Part shown: positions 29,825 to 37,594 of the stretch, piece by piece
Position numbering within the stretch: position 1 is the stretch's first letter
Layout: each line of letters begins with the position of its first letter
Source of the DNA: Oxalobacteraceae bacterium
GTDB lineage: Bacteria > Pseudomonadota > Gammaproteobacteria > Burkholderiales > Burkholderiaceae_D
Length of the DNA: 44,782 bases
Direction of reading: 5' to 3'
Assembly (NCBI GenBank): GCA_947445995.1
Contig: CANFED010000001.1
Location: 1-44,782, forward strand
Notes under the pieces: model-generated
What the model saw: only the letters and a program-made list of their open reading frames with translations
Database searches by the model: none
Told to the model about the DNA's origin: nothing
Translations under genes and position numbers: made by a program

Positions 29825-30481
29825 ATGGCCATATTACGTAGCGTTTTCTTACCCTTTGTTTTTGTAGCGCTGTGCGGTGGTGCCCAGGCTGCCGACAACC
29901 GCGCCGAACTCAATCTGCAAACATTGACTGCCGCACGCACCGGCAACCTGAAACTTTTCCAGCAACTGATCGACCAGGGTGCCTCGCCTGATACACGCAA
30001 CCGGATCGGCGATTCGATCCTGATCACGGCCATCAAGAACGACCGTATCGACATCGTCAAACGCGCCATTGAGTTGGGTGCCAATATCAACCTCGCCAAC
30101 ACGGCAAAAGTAACGCCCTTGATGGCCGCCGCTTTTCACGGCAGAACCGAAGCAGCACAACTGTTGCTGGACAAGGGTGCCGACATCAACGCGTTTGATC
30201 AACTCAACAAAACTGCGATGGTCTACGCGGCCGGTAACGGTCAGACTACCATCGCCGAAATGCTGCTGACCAAGGGCGTCTTGCCTGATGCGACTTATCC
30301 GAATCAGCTGACCGCGTTGATGTGGGCTGGTGCCTACGGCCATCTGGCCACAGTGCAAATGTTGATGGCGCATGGTGCCGATGCGCGACTGCTCGATAAT
30401 CGGGGCAAGTCGGTCCTGGTAATGGCGCAAGAAAATGATCATCCGGACGTCGTGAAATTTTTAAAAGGAAATCACCAGTAG
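29825..30481 (+). CDS. Exported ankyrin-repeat protein
   Basis: Signal peptide ending AQA; about 5-6 ankyrin repeats (TPLMAAAFHG...LLDKGADIN, TALMWA...GAD). Confidence 0.92.
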   Translation: MAILRSVFLPFVFVALCGGAQAADNRAELNLQTLTAARTGNLKLFQQLIDQGASPDTRNRIGDSILITAIKNDRIDIVKRAIELGANINLANTAKVTPLMAAAFHGRTEAAQLLLDKGADINAFDQLNKTAMVYAAGNGQTTIAEMLLTKGVLPDATYPNQLTALMWAGAYGHLATVQMLMAHGADARLLDNRGKSVLVMAQENDHPDVVKFLKGNHQ

Positions 30482-30653
30482 TAATGCGGCTCCCAGAACC
30501 AGCGCGGTAACGGGAGCGGATAATCACTGGGAAATATCAATGGTTCGCCATCTAAAATAAAACTACCGCTCGCTTAAGTGATCTAGCGCACATTCCGGCA
30601 TTGACGAACTGGGCAGACTGTAGTTGTTTTAACAACTGAAGGATAATTTTCTC

Positions 30654-30956
30654 ATGACCTCTCCAGCTTCCAACGGCGCCGAATTTCAGGATCCATCCTA
30701 CAACCCGGACAATTTGCTCAACACGTTGATCCAGAAACTCGCGATCAAGAACGACGCAGCGCTCTCGCGTGCCCTTGAGGTCGCCCCACCCGTGATCAGC
30801 AAGATCCGACATCGCCGCCTGCCAGTCGGGGCGTCGCTGCTGATCCGCATGCACGAAGTCGCGGACTTGTCGATCGCGGAACTACGTTCACTGATGGGAG
30901 ATCGACGTAGCAAGTACCGCGTCAGCGGCGTGCGGATTCCGTCGGTGCGAAGCTAG
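30654..30956 (+). CDS. Small Cro/XRE-like HTH protein of a family common in Oxalobacteraceae
   Basis: YNPDNLL...KNDAALSRALEVAPPVISKIRHRRLPVGASLLIRMHE. Confidence 0.8.
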   Translation: MTSPASNGAEFQDPSYNPDNLLNTLIQKLAIKNDAALSRALEVAPPVISKIRHRRLPVGASLLIRMHEVADLSIAELRSLMGDRRSKYRVSGVRIPSVRS

Positions 30957-31081
30957 GACAGCAAAAATAACAATCACAGTGCGCGCTGGCCTCCCGGTCA
31001 GCGCCTTGCTGTCGAAGACCGTCAATAGCGCAGACTTCAGCGCTGTTCCATCCGACTACATGTCGCATATGCCTGTCCGTT

Positions 31082-31606
31082 TTAAAGAGCAAACACTAGA
31101 CAAGTCGTTGTCGCGAACGCATACAACTTGCCCTGCACATCAGTAATGCGTCCCTCGGCAATCGCCGTCTGGCCACCGACATGCACCGTCTTGCCTTCGG
31201 CGCGCACCGGTCCGATTTTGTCGGTGATGGCGCGGATGTAATTGATTTTGAGTTCCAGCGTCGTGTAGCCCTTACCCGCCGGTAGCATCGAATGCACCGC
31301 ACATCCGACACAGGAATCGAGCAACGTTGCGGCATAGCCGCCGTGCACACTGCCCAACGGATTGTAATGTTGCCTACCGGGCGTACCCTGGAAGACCATC
31401 CGGCCAGGCTCCCAGCAGATTGGTACAAATCCCATCAACGCGCCGATCGGCACCGAAGGCAGGACGCCGTCGCCGATCGCCTGTAAAAATTCCAGACCGC
31501 TCAATTCGCGTAATTGCGCCATGCTCGAGACGCCGGGATCGGCGAGGCGAACCCGCGCCGCCTGTTCGTCGGCAAGCCAGGATTGCAGAAGACTGTCGTT
31601 ACTCAT
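31082..31606 (-). CDS. PaaI-family hotdog-fold thioesterase
   Basis: HYNPLGSVHGGYAATLLD, TTLELKINYIR. Confidence 0.93.
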   Translation of the reverse strand: MSNDSLLQSWLADEQAARVRLADPGVSSMAQLRELSGLEFLQAIGDGVLPSVPIGALMGFVPICWEPGRMVFQGTPGRQHYNPLGSVHGGYAATLLDSCVGCAVHSMLPAGKGYTTLELKINYIRAITDKIGPVRAEGKTVHVGGQTAIAEGRITDVQGKLYAFATTTCLVFAL

Positions 31607-31671
31607 GAAGTACATCCCTTGAACAGAGAGTTGAAAGATGATTGCCGTAAAATATCGCACTAGCTGTTTAT

Positions 31672-31683
31672 GTGCATATGCAC
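31672..31683. promoter_or_regulatory. Palindromic operator, probably for the adjacent MarR regulator
   Basis: Perfect 12-bp palindrome GTGCATATGCAC between the divergent PaaI and MarR genes. Confidence 0.6.
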
Positions 31684-31737
31684 TATATTCCATTACCTTT
31701 CAAAATCCTCATAAAATTACGCCGGAACGATTTCCCG

Positions 31738-32196
31738 ATGACTGCACTTTTAGCTCCAGGCTGTACCTGTTTCGCGCTACGCCGCCTGACCCGCACCGTG
31801 ACGCGACTCTACGACCTGCACATGGCCAGGGTCGGCCTGAAGACCACGCAATTTTCGTTACTCAAGCGTGTTGCTGCCGGACCGATGCCGATGGCTCAAC
31901 TGGCGACGCAACTATCGACGGACCGCACGACACTGACGCGCAATCTGAAGCCACTGCTCGACGCCGGTTGGGTGACGCTGACACCGGGTAGCGATGCGCG
32001 ACAACGGATCGTGACACTGACGAACGATGGCAAAGCCAAAATCAACGGTGCCAACCAGGCCTGGCGCGCGGCACAAAGCGAACTCGAACGCACGCTTGGC
32101 CCGGAACTGGTGAAGACACTTCATGGCGATACCGCCAGTGCCATGCAATTACTGACTCCCCTACTTGAAGAAAAATCCCATGCCCACAACGACTGA
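31738..32196 (+). CDS. MarR-family regulator (N-terminal CxC subfamily)
   Basis: CTCFALRRLTR, TQFSLL, DRTTLTRNLKPL, DARQR. Confidence 0.93.
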   Translation: MTALLAPGCTCFALRRLTRTVTRLYDLHMARVGLKTTQFSLLKRVAAGPMPMAQLATQLSTDRTTLTRNLKPLLDAGWVTLTPGSDARQRIVTLTNDGKAKINGANQAWRAAQSELERTLGPELVKTLHGDTASAMQLLTPLLEEKSHAHND

Positions 32197-33403
32197 ACTG
32201 TCCCCGCGCGCGTCATGGATTCTGATCCTGTCAGCCAGCGCCATCCTGATGATCACGATGGGTGCGCGCCTGACCACCGGCCTGTTCATGTCACCGATCA
32301 ATACGTCGACGGGACTGGGCATCGTCTCCATCAGTTTTGCGCTCGCCATTGGTCAGTTCGCCTGGGGTGCAGCACAACCGATTTTTGGTGTCGTGGCCGA
32401 CAAGTATGGCTCGGCCAAGGTCATCATCGCCGGTGCCTTGATGCTGGCGACGGGACTGGCCATTACGCCATTCATGTCCAACCAGTGGGGTTTGATACTG
32501 AGCATGGGATTGCTTAGCGCCGCAGGTGCTGGCGCTGGCAGTTTCTCGATCCTGATCGGGGCCACCGCACAATCGATTCCACCGCAACGACGTGCATTTG
32601 CCGCCGGTTTCATTAATGCCGGTGGCTCACTGGGCCAATTTGTGTTTGCCCCGCTGATGCAGGCGATCATTAGTTCGGCAGGCTGGGTGATGGCGATGTT
32701 CACGATGGCGGCAACCACGCTGCTGACTATTCCGCTGGCCCGGTCTTTCCGCAAAAAAAAGACCGTTGCCACACCCGTCAGCGCGGCGATCAATGAAATC
32801 GGACTAGGCCGGCAAGTGCGCCTGGCCCTGCGTGACCGCAGCTACCTGTGTCTGCATGCCGGTTTTTTTACGTGCGGGTTCCATATCGCGTTTCTGGTCA
32901 CCCATTTGCCGGGTGAGGTCGCACTGTGCAATCTGTCGGCCAGCGTTTCGGCGACAGCACTGGCACTAATAGGTTTGTTCAATATTGTCGGCAGCCTGTC
33001 GGCAGGTGCACTGGGTTCGCGCTTTCGCATGAAGTACTTGCTCGTGGCCATGTACGCCAGTCGGGCAGTGATTGTCGCGGTGTATTTGCTGGCACCCAAG
33101 AATGCCTGGACCTTCTATATTTTTGCCGCGGCGCTCGGTTTGACGTGGCTGGCGACAGTGCCTCCAACGGCTGGTCTGGTGGGCAAATTATTCGGCGTCA
33201 GATACTTGGCGACGCTGTTCGGACTGACGCTGTTCTCGCATCAGATTGGCGGTTTTTTTGGTGCCTGGCTAGGCGGTCTGGCGATGGAAAACTTCGGTAA
33301 TTACAACTGGATGTGGTACGCCGACATTGTGCTGGCCCTTGCGGCAGCACTGGTCAACCTGCCGATCCGGGAAGCGCCGTTGTCGGCACCTTTTCCGGCA
33401 TAA
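32180..33403 (+). CDS. MFS transporter
   Basis: About 12 hydrophobic segments, motif A-like GVVADKYG, GFFTCGFH; overlaps the MarR stop. Confidence 0.93.
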   Translation: MPTTTELSPRASWILILSASAILMITMGARLTTGLFMSPINTSTGLGIVSISFALAIGQFAWGAAQPIFGVVADKYGSAKVIIAGALMLATGLAITPFMSNQWGLILSMGLLSAAGAGAGSFSILIGATAQSIPPQRRAFAAGFINAGGSLGQFVFAPLMQAIISSAGWVMAMFTMAATTLLTIPLARSFRKKKTVATPVSAAINEIGLGRQVRLALRDRSYLCLHAGFFTCGFHIAFLVTHLPGEVALCNLSASVSATALALIGLFNIVGSLSAGALGSRFRMKYLLVAMYASRAVIVAVYLLAPKNAWTFYIFAAALGLTWLATVPPTAGLVGKLFGVRYLATLFGLTLFSHQIGGFFGAWLGGLAMENFGNYNWMWYADIVLALAAALVNLPIREAPLSAPFPA

Positions 33404-33491
33404 CCGGCAATGACTGACTGTTGGCGTCAGTGCGGCTGGCATGCCGGCTGTCGTCGACCAGGCCTGAGACCGGACCGACGGAGTCCAGTGG

Positions 33492-33920
33492 TCAGCAGTT
33501 GCCCTTCTTGGCCTGCCCTGGCGGACAGTGGCCGCCGCCATGTCGGTCATCGCGGTCATCCCGATCGTCGTAGCGATCCTTTTTGTCCTTCTTGTATTTT
33601 TTTCCGTCCTGTTTCCAGCCACCGCGATCAAGTCGCCAGCCATTGCTTTCCTGGCGCCATTGCGGTTGGTCGTAGCGGTAGTCGACCCGGTTGCGCTCCC
33701 AATGGCCGGTCGACCAGACATGCTGGTTGCCATTCCAGTTCCAGTATCCCGGTGCCCACAGGTAACCATTGCGCGGTGACGGTACTGCTTCGTAGCGAAC
33801 TGGTGGCGGCGCGTCACCCAGAATAATGTTGACACTGACCTGGGCGATGGCCTGGGTCGGCAGAAAGGCGGCGGAACTGATGGCGAGCATGACGGCTGCA
33901 GCGCAAAGTATTCTTTTCAT
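33492..33920 (-). CDS. Exported YXWGXW/WxxGxW-repeat protein
   Basis: Signal peptide, APPPVRYE, WAPGYW, WSTGHW, charged tail, CPPGQAKKGNC. Confidence 0.88.
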   Translation of the reverse strand: MKRILCAAAVMLAISSAAFLPTQAIAQVSVNIILGDAPPPVRYEAVPSPRNGYLWAPGYWNWNGNQHVWSTGHWERNRVDYRYDQPQWRQESNGWRLDRGGWKQDGKKYKKDKKDRYDDRDDRDDRHGGGHCPPGQAKKGNC

Positions 33921-34006
33921 TATTTGCTCCCGTTGGATTGAACTGAAATTAACTATACGCATGTCTCCACAAAAATCCGGTTTCCGCAGAACCGCTTACA
34001 ACTCCG

Positions 34007-34666
34007 TTATTGCTGATGTGCGCGCTGCAATCGCTTTTCAACACGGCGCTGCATCACTTCGAACAGCATGCTCAGGCACCAGTACAGCAAGGCCGCGGCG
34101 ACATACAACGGCAACGGCTGGAACGTGGTGGCGATCACTTCCTTGGTCGCCAGCATCAGTTCAGTGACGGTAATGACCGACACCAGCGACGTATCCTTGA
34201 TCAGGCTGATCAGCGTATTGCCCATCGACGGCACCGCAATCCGCAAGGCTTGCGGTGCGACCACGAAGCGCAGGGTCTGCACCCACGTCAGGCCAAGGCT
34301 GTAACTGGCCGACCACTGCCCGGCGCTGACGCCCTGGATCGCACCGCGCAAACTCTCCGACAAAAAGGCACCTGCATTCAGGCTCAAAGCCAGGATGCCG
34401 GCACTGACCGGCGAAAATTCGATGCCGATGCTGGGCAATCCGTAATAAATCAGGAACACCTGCACCAGCAGCGGCGTGCCGCGAATCATGCTGACATAGA
34501 GCGTGGCGGGCCATTGCAAGACCCGCCACGGCTGCAACCGCGCCATCGCCAGCAAGGCCCCAAGCAGCAAGCCACCCACCATCGAAGCTAGCGCAAACAT
34601 GACCGTGTAGAGCACACCCTTGAGCATGATCGGTGCAGCGAGGGTCATTAGTTCGGTCAGGTCCAT
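34007..34666 (-). CDS. Polar amino acid ABC permease (cystine TcyL/YecS-like)
   Basis: RGTPLLVQ, EAA-loop region SESLRGAI...GQW, LIKDTSLVSVI. Confidence 0.93.
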   Translation of the reverse strand: MDLTELMTLAAPIMLKGVLYTVMFALASMVGGLLLGALLAMARLQPWRVLQWPATLYVSMIRGTPLLVQVFLIYYGLPSIGIEFSPVSAGILALSLNAGAFLSESLRGAIQGVSAGQWSASYSLGLTWVQTLRFVVAPQALRIAVPSMGNTLISLIKDTSLVSVITVTELMLATKEVIATTFQPLPLYVAAALLYWCLSMLFEVMQRRVEKRLQRAHQQ

Positions 34667-34690
34667 TGTGTTTCCAGTCTATCCAGTCGC

Positions 34691-34720
34691 AAAAAAAATC
34701 CCCGCAGCACGATGCGGGGA
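34691..34720 (-). terminator. Intra-operon stem-loop with U-tract after the binding-protein gene
   Basis: TCCCCGCA-N6-TGCGGGGA with A8 on the plus strand (U8 on minus). Confidence 0.75.
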
Positions 34721-34745
34721 CCATCACAGCCTCATCAACGTCCGA

Positions 34746-35552
34746 TTACTTCGCCGCCGGTGCCTTGCTCACATCAATGCCAAACCATTCCATCGAGACC
34801 TTCGCGAAGCTGCCGTCAGCGATGATCGCCGCCAGCGCCGCATTGAGTGCGGCCTTGAATTGCGGATTGCCCTTGACGAAAGGAATACCCATCTGCGCGA
34901 CTTCGCCGATCGGTGCGCCAGCCTTGATCGGCAACGGCGACGCCTTCAGCAAGTACGACACCATCAGGCTGTCGTTGAGCGCCGCATCAACGCGGCCGGC
35001 AGCCAGGTCCTGCAAATACTCGGGCGCACCCGGATAGCTCTTGACGTCGACTCCAACCACCGCCTTGGCGCGCTCTTCATAATTGGTGCCCTGCCCGACG
35101 CCCAGCTTCTTGCCCTTGAGATCATCAAGGCTGGCGAACTGCCTTTGCTCGTTCTTGCGCACGATCAGTTGCGCACTTGAGCGGGTGTAAGGCTCGGAAA
35201 AATCAAAGCTTGCCTCGCGCTGCGGCGTGATACCCACCTGATTGAGAATGATGTCGTACTTGCCGGCGGAAAGCCCGGCGAGAATACCACTCCATTCGAT
35301 GGTCGTGAACTCGGGCTTGAGACCCATTTTATTGGCCAGCAATCGGGCCACGTCGATTTCAAAACCGCTCAGCGCACGGGTTTTGGTGTCCCTGAAATTA
35401 AACGGCGGATAGGTGCCTTCCACCCCTACTTTCAGGGTGCCACGTGCTTGCACGGTGGCTAGCAGGTCGGCCGCATTGGCCGGAAGTGCCAGACCGGAGA
35501 ACAGCAATGCTGTCATCAGGCCAGCCAGTTTTTTTGCAGATGTTGCACGCAT
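34746..35552 (-). CDS. Amino acid ABC substrate-binding protein (cystine FliY/TcyJ-like, SBP family 3)
   Basis: GTLKVGVEGTYPPFNF, KYDIILNQVGITPQR, FSEPY; signal peptide from ATG 35552. Confidence 0.9.
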   Translation of the reverse strand: MRATSAKKLAGLMTALLFSGLALPANAADLLATVQARGTLKVGVEGTYPPFNFRDTKTRALSGFEIDVARLLANKMGLKPEFTTIEWSGILAGLSAGKYDIILNQVGITPQREASFDFSEPYTRSSAQLIVRKNEQRQFASLDDLKGKKLGVGQGTNYEERAKAVVGVDVKSYPGAPEYLQDLAAGRVDAALNDSLMVSYLLKASPLPIKAGAPIGEVAQMGIPFVKGNPQFKAALNAALAAIIADGSFAKVSMEWFGIDVSKAPAAK

Positions 35553-35876
35553 GAATGTCCTTGTGTTCGATAGCGAACAGATTCGCAAGGAATGGAGTGT
35601 AAAGATATGCGACAACATTACCAAGAACTTAAACGGCATGTACTTATGATGATAGGTTGGCATCAAAGACATCCTGAATCAGGATTATTCGTAAAAATAT
35701 ACCTGTATTTACATAAAAAATACCAACTAGTAGCATCACTTACGCAGATAGACTGTTATGTTCCTGCAAGAAACCTACCACCACAGTCGACCGGCCTGAC
35801 TGCCATTTTTTTGAGCAGGCAAGCAAGCTCATCCCGTAACATGCAACATCCTTTTGAACCGTAAAGAACGACACCC

Positions 35877-37151
35877 ATGCCCAGCCGGACCGACAGCATC
35901 TCTCCGACACACCTGACATCGATCGCCTTGTCCGCATTGCTGCTAGCGGCTTCCTCCGCCCGCGCCGACGATGCCGCATCCAGCGCGATGCCGGCCTTTC
36001 TGGTTAGCGGCTTCGGCACCATCGGCATGGCCCGCTCCAGTGAACAACAGGCCGATTTTACGAACAGTCCGTCGACCAAACCAAACGGTACCGGTGTAAC
36101 CCGCAACTGGAGCCCGGACCTCGATACCCGACTCGGCCTGCAAATTGCGGCGACCATCACACCGAGTCTGTCGGCCGTCTTTCAAGTGATCTCGCAGCAG
36201 CAGTATGACAACAGCTACCGGCCTACCGTCGAATGGGCCAACATCAAGTACGCCATCACGCCAGACTTCGCGGTCCGGGTCGGCCGCATCGCCTTGCCGA
36301 CCTTCCTCGCCGGCGACTATCGCAATGTCGGCTACGCCATGCCCTGGGTAAGGCCACCGGTCGAACTGTACAGCCGCATGGTTCCGATGACGGCCAATGA
36401 CGGCATTGATGCGAGTTACCGCACCTCGATCGGCGAGGCCACCAACACGGTGCAGCTGAGCTACGGCAGCGACGTCCTGCGCAGTCCCGGCCTGTTATCG
36501 CCGAGCCGGGTACAGAATATTGCAGGCCTGTTCAATACCTTCAGCAGCGGACCAGCCACCTTACGGGTGTCGTACCAGCGCGGCAAAATCACGGTTCCCG
36601 ACAGCAATGCCTTCTTCGACCTGTACCGCCAATTCGGTCCGGCCGGCACTGCCATTGCCGAGAAATATAGTTTCGACCACAAGCCGATTTCATTCCTGTC
36701 GCTGGGTGCCAGCTACGATCCGGGCGACTGGTTCCTGATGAGCGAATGGGGTAGCGGAAAATTCTCGTCAGTCATCGGCAACCAGACCGCCTGGTATGCC
36801 AGCGGCGGTTACCGGCTAGGTACATGGACCCCGTACCTGACTTATTCGACCTCGAAAAAACACAGTGCGGTGAGCGACCCTGGACTCGATCCGGCGCGCT
36901 TGCCCGCGTATGCGGCGGCCGGCGCGGGTGCGCTCAATGGCGTCCTCAACAGCTTGCTCAAACCGTCCACCAGTTCCACGATTTCGCTGGGTACCCGCTG
37001 GGATGTCCGTAGCGACGTCGCCCTCAAGCTGCAGCTTGACCACACCCGGCCAACGAACGGTTCATCAGCCGGCCTGACCAACATCGCCGCAGGCTATCAA
37101 CCAGGTGCCAGCTTCAATGTCCTGAGCCTCGCTGTCGATTTCGTATTTTGA
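35877..37151 (+). CDS. Outer-membrane beta-barrel (porin-like) protein
   Basis: Signal peptide, SGFGT, EWANIKY, RVGRIALP, alternating beta-strands, C-terminal LAVDFVF BAM signal. Confidence 0.85.
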   Translation: MPSRTDSISPTHLTSIALSALLLAASSARADDAASSAMPAFLVSGFGTIGMARSSEQQADFTNSPSTKPNGTGVTRNWSPDLDTRLGLQIAATITPSLSAVFQVISQQQYDNSYRPTVEWANIKYAITPDFAVRVGRIALPTFLAGDYRNVGYAMPWVRPPVELYSRMVPMTANDGIDASYRTSIGEATNTVQLSYGSDVLRSPGLLSPSRVQNIAGLFNTFSSGPATLRVSYQRGKITVPDSNAFFDLYRQFGPAGTAIAEKYSFDHKPISFLSLGASYDPGDWFLMSEWGSGKFSSVIGNQTAWYASGGYRLGTWTPYLTYSTSKKHSAVSDPGLDPARLPAYAAAGAGALNGVLNSLLKPSTSSTISLGTRWDVRSDVALKLQLDHTRPTNGSSAGLTNIAAGYQPGASFNVLSLAVDFVF

Positions 37152-37594
37152 TGAAGAACTTTGCCCGCCATGCCTCCCGTCTGACAATGATGACGACTGG
37201 TCTTGTGATCAGCCTGTCCTGTAGTGCGGCCGTGGCCGAGGTCGTGGCTGTTGTCGCAGCCAAAAGTCCGTTGCCCGAGATGAGCAGAAACCAGATTGCC
37301 AATCTGTTCCTCGGCAATACCAGCATGCTGGTCCAAGGCGAAGCGGTGATACCGATCGACCTGGCTGTCGGCACGCCGCTGCGCGACGAGTTCTACACCA
37401 GCTATGCCGGCAAGTCGCCGGCCCAGATCAGAGCGCATTGGTCCAAGCTAATTTTTACCGGACGCGGCCAGCCGCCAAAAGAAGCCGCCAGCAGCCGCGA
37501 TCTGAAAAAACTGATCGCTGACAATCCACGCGCAATCGGCTATCTGGAATCCAGCCTGATCGATGCCAGCGTTCGGGCCCTGCTATCGCCATGA
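37151..37594 (+). CDS. Small exported protein resembling one lobe of a PstS/PBP2 binding protein
   Basis: Signal peptide; VVAVV...IANLFLG, WSKLIFTGRGQPP, NPRAIGY; ATG overlaps the barrel stop (TGATG). Confidence 0.85.
   Translation: MKNFARHASRLTMMTTGLVISLSCSAAVAEVVAVVAAKSPLPEMSRNQIANLFLGNTSMLVQGEAVIPIDLAVGTPLRDEFYTSYAGKSPAQIRAHWSKLIFTGRGQPPKEAASSRDLKKLIADNPRAIGYLESSLIDASVRALLSP

Noticed and set aside
29825-30481. Ankyrin protein as substrate of the FIH-like JmjC enzyme
   Set aside because: FIH does modify ankyrins, but these genes are 13 kb apart and the ankyrin is exported while the oxygenase is cytoplasmic
34746-35552. FliY-like gene as part of the flagellar regulon
   Set aside because: 7.6 kb from flgN, no sigma-28 motif seen, and enteric FliY is simply a cystine-binding protein
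37151-37594. Phosphate ABC transporter PstS, or a truncated pstS pseudogene
   Set aside because: Half the size, intact signal peptide, coupled to both neighbours, and no pstCAB present
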